A DNA stretch of 64,000 nucleotides from a virus. Shown here in pieces: positions 38,682 through 47,138 of the stretch (the first letter of the stretch is position 1; every line of letters starts with the position of its first letter). The position numbers and the translations under genes are program-made. Under the pieces are notes generated by a model that was given only the letters and a program-made list of their open reading frames with translations, was not told where the DNA came from and did not search any database. The DNA lies in the IMG/VR virus record IMGVR_UViG_3300027801_000011, positions 51,310-115,309 of that record; one strand, given 5' to 3'.

Positions 38682-39823
38682 AAAAATTCTGCTATGTAAG
38701 TAATGATTTCAAAAATGCTTGGAGAATATTTTTTGCCAATAAGAAGATGTTATGGGATACCTCTTGGGTAGACGAATCTGTTTTGAAGAGATTCTTTGAA
38801 CTTTATAATAAAGAGAATTCTGATCTGAAGAAGTACTCTCGCCCAGCTAACTGGTATCTTAATGACCTAGAACAAAAGGATACTTATTTGTTTCCTATGG
38901 CACAATCACATTTTAACGGTGCTGGCCAGAAGTATGAATATACAGAGGGGTTGCCTTCTCTTAAAGATATCTTATTAGAGAGAGCCGCTGATATAAGGGA
39001 TCAAGGAAAACCTATTGAAATATTGTATTCTGGTGGGATAGATAGTTCAGCTGTAGTTCTTGCTTTTAATGAAGTATGTCCCAAAGATCAGCTGAAGATT
39101 TGGATGGCAGGAGATCATTGCATTACCAACAACAAAAATCTTTTTGATAAAATTGTTAGTAATTTGGAATGGGAAATGACAACAAATCTAAATGGTTGTT
39201 GTGACCCTAGTAAAAATGTATTCACATCTGGTAATGAAGCAGATAGATTGTTTGGTGCTGATGGTTACACTCAAATGATGGGACACTCAAAACGAGATGA
39301 GAATAGTAAGAACGGATATAAGATACTAGGGCCAAATGAACCACCCACTACAGATCATCCAGACAACTGGCAGTGGAACCAAGACCGATGGTGGGGTATT
39401 ACTAGTCACACATATCTAACACAGTCTTGGAGAATGTTACGTAATGTTGAATGTGATAAAATAGTTATGGATAATTTCCAGCCTTTGTTTTTTGATAAAA
39501 GAATATTACAGTATGCTATAAACATCCATATGGATGGAGAAATGAAGTGGTACAACTCTGGTCTATTGGCTGACCCTCAGAGATACAAAGAGGGCAAGAT
39601 TTGGGTAAGAAATTTTGTTTATGAAATGTCGGGCGATAAAGAATATTCTTATAATATCGGTAAGACATTAACTACTGTATCAGATATAAATGAAATGTTT
39701 AAGTTACCACTGGCTCCAGACTTTAATGTTCTTGGTGTTATGGACGATGGTACTGTTGTAAATAGAGACAATATGATGGAATATATGACCAAAGAACACA
39801 CATTGTTCTCTAATGCTATATAA
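38678..39823 (+). CDS. Asparagine-synthetase-like PP-loop ligase, tandem paralogue
   Basis: YSGGIDSS and SGNEADRLFG; colinear with 37518. Confidence 0.8.
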   Translation: MKKFCYVSNDFKNAWRIFFANKKMLWDTSWVDESVLKRFFELYNKENSDLKKYSRPANWYLNDLEQKDTYLFPMAQSHFNGAGQKYEYTEGLPSLKDILLERAADIRDQGKPIEILYSGGIDSSAVVLAFNEVCPKDQLKIWMAGDHCITNNKNLFDKIVSNLEWEMTTNLNGCCDPSKNVFTSGNEADRLFGADGYTQMMGHSKRDENSKNGYKILGPNEPPTTDHPDNWQWNQDRWWGITSHTYLTQSWRMLRNVECDKIVMDNFQPLFFDKRILQYAINIHMDGEMKWYNSGLLADPQRYKEGKIWVRNFVYEMSGDKEYSYNIGKTLTTVSDINEMFKLPLAPDFNVLGVMDDGTVVNRDNMMEYMTKEHTLFSNAI

Positions 39824-39832
39824 ATATAAATA
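39819..39832 (+). promoter_or_regulatory. Two overlapping T4 late promoters
   Basis: TATAAATATAAATA. Confidence 0.85.
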
Positions 39833-39851
39833 GAACAAGAGGAGATTAATA

Positions 39852-40196
39852 ATGGCTTTTACATTAACTACAACGTCTGTCGCAGTTAGAGATGACACAA
39901 GCACACCGTGGTTCCATGAAGTTGATAATGATGCAAGGACTGCCTTTTTAGCTTGGCGTGATACAAATTATATCGACACCAATAAAACTTCTGCATGGTC
40001 GGCTACTGAATCTGCTGATGAGACAACTCTTACTTCTGTACGACAATTTGTAGACAGGGATGGGATAAATGCATGGTTAGCGGAATCCAATGTAAAAACT
40101 CAGATGGCTGCTCGAAAAGTGTATGAAGATGCAAACGGAATTACTAGAACAGGCACAAGGATGCTTTTAGGCAGTTACCTTGCTTTCTCTGGTTAG
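39852..40196 (+). CDS. Late-expressed small protein, homologous to the C-terminal domain of the convergent kinase
   Basis: GAGGAG RBS and double late promoter; R....PW..YIDTNK..SADETTLTS..F.D..YEDANGI. Confidence 0.75.
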   Translation: MAFTLTTTSVAVRDDTSTPWFHEVDNDARTAFLAWRDTNYIDTNKTSAWSATESADETTLTSVRQFVDRDGINAWLAESNVKTQMAARKVYEDANGITRTGTRMLLGSYLAFSG

Positions 40197-40197
40197 T

Positions 40198-41106
40198 TTA
40201 TTCAACAAATGATTCTATACCTTGTTCTTTATTATACTGAGACAGCAATTCTCTTCGTGCCACAATCACTGGGTCTTCTAGATAATCAATGTTGGCTGAC
40301 TTGTCTTTAAATATAGTACGAGACGTTTTTGACAATCCATCCTTAGACATCATCGTATTGGTTGTAATCATTTTGCCAGTATCTCTATATGTTTCCATAA
40401 TATGTGCTTTGTGATCTTCTGATTGCTCTGACCATTCTACATCAACACTTGGTCTAGTCTGGATCAGTATAGTCATATAACCTTTTACTTGAGCGTCAGT
40501 CATTTTCATTCGTTCAAATTTCTGTATAGCATCTGGTTCATCGTGACGCAGAAGGCCTCGCTCCTCTCGTATTCTAATAGAGTTAGCAATAGAAACTCTG
40601 TTCAATACTTCAACAACATCAATATCAATTTTCCAAGGGACATGCTTGTGGTAGTGAGTGAGCAATTCTTCTAGTCCATTCCAACCAATCCAACGGTGAA
40701 CCATTCTAAATTCCCAGTGAGGATTACATTTGGATTTTGCTTCCCAATCTATTAGTCCAGTAAGATTTCCCTGCTCATCTACAAAAATATTCTGTCTCCA
40801 CAAGTCTCCATGAATTATACACCGTTCTTCACCCAAAGGCCCTTTTAGTTCTGCTAAGTCAAACAAAGCATCTTCTATATATTCGTCTTTAGTTGCCATC
40901 GGCATTAAAGACTTTATTACAGAGTGCATTTGGTGTGGACGGATACCTTTGACTCTGAGATTGGTACTGTGTAATTCTCCCAACAAATTTCCAAGTTGCT
41001 CGTTGAATTTACGACTAGGCATTATAGGCCCACCCTTACCATAAGTATGAGCGAGCTGTTCGCCTGGCACGTGCTGGCCCTTTATCATTTGATCTAAAGT
41101 AACCAT
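40198..41106 (-). CDS. APH/choline-kinase-like phosphotransferase fused to an approximately 95-aa domain
   Basis: Brenner motif IIHGDLWRQNIFVD and GLIDWE; LGNLLGELH. Confidence 0.85.
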   Translation of the reverse strand: MVTLDQMIKGQHVPGEQLAHTYGKGGPIMPSRKFNEQLGNLLGELHSTNLRVKGIRPHQMHSVIKSLMPMATKDEYIEDALFDLAELKGPLGEERCIIHGDLWRQNIFVDEQGNLTGLIDWEAKSKCNPHWEFRMVHRWIGWNGLEELLTHYHKHVPWKIDIDVVEVLNRVSIANSIRIREERGLLRHDEPDAIQKFERMKMTDAQVKGYMTILIQTRPSVDVEWSEQSEDHKAHIMETYRDTGKMITTNTMMSKDGLSKTSRTIFKDKSANIDYLEDPVIVARRELLSQYNKEQGIESFVE

Positions 41107-41777
41107 TCTTCTATCTCCTTGTAATTCGTAAATATTTCAGAATAATCTGGATAAGGTATTACTCCATCCTTATCTAATTCTTCATATGTAACAACAGTAT
41201 GCTCAAGTCTGGACATAAGCATGTTTGTGAATTCTTCTCTTGCCTTGTATTTATGCATCTGCTCGATTGAACCTGTAAAGGAATGTGGTTCTGGGGTTGT
41301 TCTCCATTCATAATTATACGTACAAAATTCTCTTGGAGCAGGATATCCAGGCATACTACAAAACATGGCCGTTTGTTCAAAACAAAAATGAGATACTTTA
41401 TCGTGTTGTTGAAACCAAATTAGAGTGAAATCTTTCAGTATTTTCTCAGCAATGTCAAGTCTCTTTTCTACAGGAAGCTTCCATTTCTTGGGGGTATTGG
41501 TTAATTGTAATGGCATACACTTAACAACATATGGTAGGGGGAAATTGTGGAGATGATTTAGACGCACACGCATTTCAATATCTGTTAACAAATCTTCATT
41601 AACATTCCAATTAATATCCACAGTCTTAGTTTTAAGCTCTGATTTTAGTTGGAGATTAACCATTTTGTTTCGGCCAAACCATTCATTACCATTTACTAGG
41701 TCTTTGTCTTTAGCAAACTGCTTAAGAAAATAGTAAGAACCAGAACGGGGAGTACAGACGATGCAATATTCACTCAC
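41094..41777 (-). CDS. Sulfotransferase-fold (P-loop, Stf0-like) protein
   Basis: IVCTPRSGSYYF 5'-PSB-like loop, NEWF, VVKCMP and VTYEEL. Confidence 0.7.
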   Translation of the reverse strand: MSEYCIVCTPRSGSYYFLKQFAKDKDLVNGNEWFGRNKMVNLQLKSELKTKTVDINWNVNEDLLTDIEMRVRLNHLHNFPLPYVVKCMPLQLTNTPKKWKLPVEKRLDIAEKILKDFTLIWFQQHDKVSHFCFEQTAMFCSMPGYPAPREFCTYNYEWRTTPEPHSFTGSIEQMHKYKAREEFTNMLMSRLEHTVVTYEELDKDGVIPYPDYSEIFTNYKEIEEWLL

Positions 41778-42376
41778 TCAAACCACCCTTTAATCTCTTC
41801 AATATTTTCAAATTTCTTTTCATAGTCTATGCCCATCTTAATTGTTAACACAGTTTGCACAGTGTTATCAACCTCTAATCCATACTGCTCTTGTAGATGA
41901 GCAAGAGTACTTAAAGGATCATCTAGAAAATTCTCAAACGCTACTAGAGCTCCTTCATTGTGAGTATAATAGAAATCCCAGAACTGTTCTAGCTTAGTCA
42001 TAAACCTATCATATTCTTCTTTGGTAGCTATGAGACTATTATCTTTAATCTCTGGCCTCTCAGATGCGTAATGAATGTGGTTGACTTTTGTTCGTAAACG
42101 TGTTATATGACTCAAAAATTGTGATAGTACGTCTTTTCTATACAACCAGATACAGGGAAATCCACTAATCATTTCCCCGAAGTGTTGATCTTCTGGTAGG
42201 TAGTGGGGAAGGATTTTAAGAAGGTGTGGTTGTGTTGCCCAGTTCTGCTCATCTATATCTTTATAGTCATTCTTCTTTAGCCATGAGGCAGGGTCATATA
42301 GTCCGAAGGTGTTGCAAAGGAACCTACGGAAATACGTGCTACCACTCCTAGACGTTGCAATTAACCCTATTCTCAT
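41774..42376 (-). CDS. Sulfotransferase-fold (Stf0-like) protein
   Basis: MRIGLIATSRSGSTYF, LYRKDVLSQFLS and FENFL; start set to ATG 42376. Confidence 0.75.
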   Translation of the reverse strand: MRIGLIATSRSGSTYFRRFLCNTFGLYDPASWLKKNDYKDIDEQNWATQPHLLKILPHYLPEDQHFGEMISGFPCIWLYRKDVLSQFLSHITRLRTKVNHIHYASERPEIKDNSLIATKEEYDRFMTKLEQFWDFYYTHNEGALVAFENFLDDPLSTLAHLQEQYGLEVDNTVQTVLTIKMGIDYEKKFENIEEIKGWFE

Positions 42377-42381
42377 GTACC

Positions 42382-42389
42382 TATATATA
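42382..42389. promoter_or_regulatory. Palindromic TATATATA, putative bidirectional late promoter
   Basis: The only element in the 16-bp gap between divergent ATGs 42376(-) and 42393(+). Confidence 0.55.
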
Positions 42390-42392
42390 ACT

Positions 42393-42866
42393 ATGAAAGT
42401 TATTGAATCTACATTCGAGGAAGTGTTTCCTGTCTGGCGTGACAGACTGTGGCCCAATAGGATTAGTGCAATTGAACCTATGAGTAGTCTGTGCTGGAGG
42501 CAACCAAAAGATATAATAAAGGACAGTTCGATATTCGATAAGTATGTCCCCAGTTTCTTTGCTTTGAAGATAGATGATGAAATTGTTGGAGTGAATAGTG
42601 GATTTAAAACAAGTGAGAAAGTTTATCGTTCTAGAGGATTGTGGGTAAGTGAACAACATAGAGGTAGGGGATTTGGCCAACTTCTTTTGTTACAAGCAAT
42701 AGTTCAAGGTAAAAGCGAAGACTGTCATTGGATATGGAGTATGCCACGAAAAACCGCTTTGGGGTCTTACGAGAAGGTAGGATTCAAAAAAAGAGGTAAG
42801 TGGATAGACCAAAAGGTAGAATTTGGGCCCAATTGTCTGGCTACCCGCCAGATAATATATAAATAG
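42393..42866 (+). CDS. GNAT acetyltransferase
   Basis: YRSRGLWVSEQHRGRGFGQLLL acetyl-CoA motif A and YEKVGF; start ATG 42393. Confidence 0.88.
   Translation: MKVIESTFEEVFPVWRDRLWPNRISAIEPMSSLCWRQPKDIIKDSSIFDKYVPSFFALKIDDEIVGVNSGFKTSEKVYRSRGLWVSEQHRGRGFGQLLLLQAIVQGKSEDCHWIWSMPRKTALGSYEKVGFKKRGKWIDQKVEFGPNCLATRQIIYK
42858..42865 (+). promoter_or_regulatory. T4 late promoter
   Basis: TATAAATA upstream of gp13. Confidence 0.85.
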
Positions 42867-42883
42867 AGGACAGGAGATAGTAT

Positions 42884-43702
42884 ATGGCCATTCCAACAAG
42901 TAAGACTACTTTCAAAGAATACTGCTTACGCTCATTGGGTGATGGTGTTATTGATATTAACATATCAGATGCCCAAGCGGATGATCGAATTGATGAAGCG
43001 ATTCAGTATTTCTCTCAATATCACTATGAGGGAATTGAAAGGATGTACTTAAAACATCTTATCACACAAGCAGATGTAACTAGAGCTACATCTAACACAG
43101 CATCAACTGGAACCGATCCAGCAGATGACACTATTACTGCGAGTTGGTTAGAAGGTGGAAACTATATTCCTCTGCCAACTTCTGTCATTTCTGTCGTTCA
43201 AGTATTTCCTCTTACTGGTACTGGTACTGGGGCAAACATGTTTGATGCCCGTTATCAGTTACACCTAAACGAATTGTTTGATCTCTCATCTACATCTGTT
43301 ATTCAGTATGAGATGATGAAGAACAACCTAGATTTCCTAGAACACATTCTCATTGGTGAAGCACCTATCAGATTTAACCAACATCAAAATCGTTTATATA
43401 TTGATGCCGATTGGTCTACTGATTTTGTTGCTGGTCAAGACTACATTGTTATTGAGTGTTTCCGAAAACTAGACCCAGCAACATTTACAAATGTGTATGA
43501 TGATGTTCTACTGAAACGATATGCGACTGCTCTTATTAAGAAACAATGGGGTGCAAACCTATCTAAGTTTAGTGGCGTTGCAATGCTAGGTGGTGTTACC
43601 ATGAACGGTGAAACCATTTACTCCCAAGCGCTTGAGGAGATTACCAAGTTAGAGGAAACAATCTTCTTACACGAACCTCCAATACTTATGGCGGTAGGAT
43701 AA
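42884..43702 (+). CDS. gp13: Neck protein gp13
   Basis: KEYCLRSLG..VIDINI..QADDRIDEA; LKRYATALIKKQWGANLSKFSGV.MLGGVT.NG. Confidence 0.95.
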   Translation: MAIPTSKTTFKEYCLRSLGDGVIDINISDAQADDRIDEAIQYFSQYHYEGIERMYLKHLITQADVTRATSNTASTGTDPADDTITASWLEGGNYIPLPTSVISVVQVFPLTGTGTGANMFDARYQLHLNELFDLSSTSVIQYEMMKNNLDFLEHILIGEAPIRFNQHQNRLYIDADWSTDFVAGQDYIVIECFRKLDPATFTNVYDDVLLKRYATALIKKQWGANLSKFSGVAMLGGVTMNGETIYSQALEEITKLEETIFLHEPPILMAVG

Positions 43703-43705
43703 AAA

Positions 43706-44695
43706 ATGGCCGTAAATAAACACTTTCACACCAGTGGGCGGACTGCTGTTACGTCAGAACAGAATCTATATGCTAACCTTGTATCTGAAGCAATTCAAAT
43801 CCACGGGCATGATGTGTATTATCTAGATCGTACTCTTGTTGCAGAAGACACTGTGTTTGGTGAAGATTCTCTATCTAAGTTTCAAACACAGGTTCCTATA
43901 GAAATGTATATGGAAGACAATCAATCTGGATTTGCTGGCCAGCAAGAATTGATGAGCCAATTTGGTTTACAGAATTTGAGTGAGGCAACCTTTGTCGTAA
44001 GTAAGAATCGTTTTCAAGATAAGACTAAACAGATTACAATAGAGAGTGGAACAGACACTTCTTCATCTGGAGCAATTGAGATGGAGAGTGGAACGCTAAC
44101 AACGCTAGACGGCGGGTTTCTTATTTCAGAGGCAGATGTTTCTGATTCCGACAGACCCCTAGAAGGCGATGCAATCTACCACCCTATCTTAAAGAAATTA
44201 TTTGAGATCAACTTTGTGGATCATGACGATCCTTTCAATCAATTAGACAACAACCCTGTATATAAAATGCGTTGTCGTTTATATGAATACAGTTCAGAAG
44301 CACTGGATACTGGTATATCTGCAATTGATGCTATCGAAGATGCCTTGTCTACTGACACCCTTGGTTATCAAATTTCATTAGAACAAACTACTGCTCAGAA
44401 TGAACCATTCAGATTAGAATTATTTGCTGATAATGGTTTGATTGCAGATGAGGATGGCGATAATATTATAGGTGAGGATGACTCAACTTCAGTTGGTGAG
44501 AGTATTCTTATGGAACACAATATCGATACTGGTCATGGAGGCTGGTTAATTTCAGAGGACTATATAATAGGAACAGGTGGTGTAAACACTAATAGTGTAG
44601 ATAAGTCTGCACAAAATGAATTATTTGACGAATTGGATGATACGATCTTAGACTTCTCTGAGAAAAATCCATTCGGTGATGCTGGGAGTAGTTAA
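43706..44695 (+). CDS. gp14: Neck protein gp14 with acidic repeat insertions
   Basis: EQNLY..LVSEAIQIHGHDVYYL.R, RPLEGDAIY.P, LFEINFV, LDFSEKNPFG. Confidence 0.93.
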   Translation: MAVNKHFHTSGRTAVTSEQNLYANLVSEAIQIHGHDVYYLDRTLVAEDTVFGEDSLSKFQTQVPIEMYMEDNQSGFAGQQELMSQFGLQNLSEATFVVSKNRFQDKTKQITIESGTDTSSSGAIEMESGTLTTLDGGFLISEADVSDSDRPLEGDAIYHPILKKLFEINFVDHDDPFNQLDNNPVYKMRCRLYEYSSEALDTGISAIDAIEDALSTDTLGYQISLEQTTAQNEPFRLELFADNGLIADEDGDNIIGEDDSTSVGESILMEHNIDTGHGGWLISEDYIIGTGGVNTNSVDKSAQNELFDELDDTILDFSEKNPFGDAGSS

Positions 44696-44697
44696 TT

Positions 44698-45498
44698 ATG
44701 TTAGGACAACAATTTTATCACGAAACAATTCGAAAAGTGGTTATCGCTTTTGGAAGCATGTTTAACGATATACATTTAGTACGAAAAGACAACGAAGGAA
44801 ACATTGCACAGTCAATGAAGGTTCCCTTGGCTTATGGCCCAAGACAAAAGTTTCTGGTTAGGTTGCGAGAAGACGCAGACCTTACGAAACAAGTTGCTGT
44901 TACGTTGCCTCGTATTGGTTTTGAGATTAAGGGTCTGACTTATGATCCTGCTCGTAAACTAAACCGTGTACAACAGTTTAAGAAAGTTAAGAGTGGCGCT
45001 TCTAAGCAACTAGACACACAGTATATGCCTGTGCCTTATAATATTGAATTTGATTTATATATCATGGCAAAGCAATCTGATGATGCTCTACAAATTGTAG
45101 AACAGATTTTACCTTACTTTCAACCAGACTATACGGTAACTATTAATGACAATACTGATATGGGAATCAAACGAGATGTGCCCGTAGTGTTGGGTGGTAT
45201 TACGTATGAAGATACTTATCAAGGCGAGTTTGAGAGTAGACAGACTTTAATCTACTCTTTGCAAATGACTGCTAAGTTCTATCTCTACGGGCCAGTCACT
45301 TCCACTAAGGTTATCAAAACTGTTCAGGCAGATTCATTCGCTGACATGCCAGATAAGACACCTACTAGGGAACAAAGATATACGGTTAGTCCAAAACCCG
45401 CTACTGCTAATGCAGAAGATGATTTTGGTTTTAACGAATCTAGTTCATTCTTCCAAGATGCGAAGTCCTATGATCCAGAAAGTGGAACCGACAAGTAA
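44698..45498 (+). CDS. gp15: Tail sheath stabiliser/completion protein gp15
   Basis: FYHETIRKVVIAFGSMFN, VPLAYGP.QKFL, LPRIGFE, QIVEQILPYFQP. Confidence 0.95.
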   Translation: MLGQQFYHETIRKVVIAFGSMFNDIHLVRKDNEGNIAQSMKVPLAYGPRQKFLVRLREDADLTKQVAVTLPRIGFEIKGLTYDPARKLNRVQQFKKVKSGASKQLDTQYMPVPYNIEFDLYIMAKQSDDALQIVEQILPYFQPDYTVTINDNTDMGIKRDVPVVLGGITYEDTYQGEFESRQTLIYSLQMTAKFYLYGPVTSTKVIKTVQADSFADMPDKTPTREQRYTVSPKPATANAEDDFGFNESSSFFQDAKSYDPESGTDK

Positions 45499-45908
45499 TG
45501 TCTTCTGATCCGATAGGTGAAGCTCTTGGTGTAGTCGAAGAGATTACTAAAGAAGTTGAGGTAATCGGCCCAACTTCTAGATATCCAGCGGAGCTTACAG
45601 ATGGAAATGATGATGACATCGAAGCAGATTATGTTCATCAAAGAAAGATGTTTTATGCTTTGGTCGAGAAAGGGAGTGCCGCAATTGATGGAATACTCAT
45701 GCTTGCTAAAGAAGGCGAACACCCCAGAGCGTACGAAGTAGCGGGACAACTGATAAAGAATGTTGCAGAAGTAACAGAGAAATTAGGCGATCTTCAAGAG
45801 AAAATGAAGAAACTAAAAGAGGTTCCAGGCAATGCGCCGAAGAACGTCACAAATGCCCTATTTGTAGGGTCAACTGCTGAATTGCAGAAAATGTTAAAAG
45901 GAAAGTGA
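45498..45908 (+). CDS. gp16: Terminase small subunit gp16
   Basis: EHPRAYEVAGQLIK, NALFVGSTAELQKML. Confidence 0.95.
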   Translation: MSSDPIGEALGVVEEITKEVEVIGPTSRYPAELTDGNDDDIEADYVHQRKMFYALVEKGSAAIDGILMLAKEGEHPRAYEVAGQLIKNVAEVTEKLGDLQEKMKKLKEVPGNAPKNVTNALFVGSTAELQKMLKGK

Positions 45909-45915
45909 AAATATT

Positions 45916-46167
45916 ATGAGTTTTACACAACCAAAATGGTTTGAAAAATTACCAAGAACAATTGCTAAAGCTGTTACTTGGAGAAGTTGGATGATGATTA
46001 CCAATAGTCTTATTGGGTGGATTGTCACAGGGGATTGGATGAAAGGTTTAGTAGTGGGTTTAATGGCTCTAGTCATTAACAGTATTTTGTATATATGTCA
46101 CGAAAGACTCTGGAATCGGTTTGATTGGAAGAAAGTTTCTTCTGATACAGACAAGATTGTATTATAA
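45916..46167 (+). CDS. DUF2061 small membrane protein
   Basis: RTIAKAVTWR...TG...LYICHERLWN..W. Confidence 0.85.
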   Translation: MSFTQPKWFEKLPRTIAKAVTWRSWMMITNSLIGWIVTGDWMKGLVVGLMALVINSILYICHERLWNRFDWKKVSSDTDKIVL

Positions 46168-46170
46168 ATA
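46163..46170 (+). promoter_or_regulatory. T4 late promoter
   Basis: TATAAATA upstream of the dctP-like gene. Confidence 0.85.
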
Positions 46171-46193
46171 GATACAGATAAAGGGAGACTATT

Positions 46194-47138
46194 ATGAAAA
46201 CCATTCGTTGGGTGCTAGCACACGAACCTATTGAATTATTTCTTAGGGCTGCAAAACATTTTAAAGCAACTATGGAAGAGAAGATGCCGGGCGCTATTAA
46301 CTTGGAAATCTTAACTCTATCAGAATATGCCGAGAAGTACAAGCCTGGCGAGAAGATCACAAAACACGATCTTCTTCAATTGATGGAGGACGGTGAGATA
46401 GAAATGTCTCAGATGTATACTTCTACTCTTGGACGTACTCACGCAAAAGATATGTGGGCCCTAGATATGCCGTTCATCTTTAAAGATCACGATCACGCAA
46501 AAGAAGTGCTTGAGGGTGATATCGGCAAGTCTCTCCTTGCTGGTCTTAATAAGAACAGTAATGTTCAAGGCCTTGCGTTTACCTACTCTGGTGGATTTCG
46601 AATGATCCCTGCTAACGTAGAACTACACAAGATTGAAGACTTTGAAGGTCAGAAGTTGCGTTGCAACAAATCTCCTATCGCAGAAGAAACTCTTAGTGCT
46701 GTTGGTGCTGTCCCTGTTCCTATGGAACTTGAGCAGATCAACGAAGGTGTACAGGGTGATATCATTGTTGGTGGTGAGTCTACTTATCCCCGTTTCTATG
46801 GTTTGAAACAGAATGAGTTCATGGACACAATCAACGATGCAGAACATTCATTGTTCCTTACTACAATTCTTGTTGCTAAGGATTTCTGGAACACTCTTGA
46901 TCTTGAGCTGCAAACCGAAATTGAAGATGCATCTTTTGATGCAGCTAGGGCAGAACGTGTCTGGTCTGTAGAAGACATTGACATTGTTAAGTCCAAATGT
47001 GAGAAAGATACCATTAAGGTAGTCACCATGTCTGATAAGGAACGTCTGCGTTTCAAAGAGGCAACTGAGTATATGTATGAAAAATATGATGATATGTTTA
47101 CGCCAGGGCTACTTCAAAGTATCAAATATGATGCATGA
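46194..47138 (+). CDS. dctP: TRAP solute-binding protein DctP-like, no signal peptide
   Basis: LDMPFIFKDHDHA..VLEGDIG..LL, YSGGFR, IEDFEGQKLR, GAVPVPM, H.LF, FWNTL..ELQ. Confidence 0.88.
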   Translation: MKTIRWVLAHEPIELFLRAAKHFKATMEEKMPGAINLEILTLSEYAEKYKPGEKITKHDLLQLMEDGEIEMSQMYTSTLGRTHAKDMWALDMPFIFKDHDHAKEVLEGDIGKSLLAGLNKNSNVQGLAFTYSGGFRMIPANVELHKIEDFEGQKLRCNKSPIAEETLSAVGAVPVPMELEQINEGVQGDIIVGGESTYPRFYGLKQNEFMDTINDAEHSLFLTTILVAKDFWNTLDLELQTEIEDASFDAARAERVWSVEDIDIVKSKCEKDTIKVVTMSDKERLRFKEATEYMYEKYDDMFTPGLLQSIKYDA

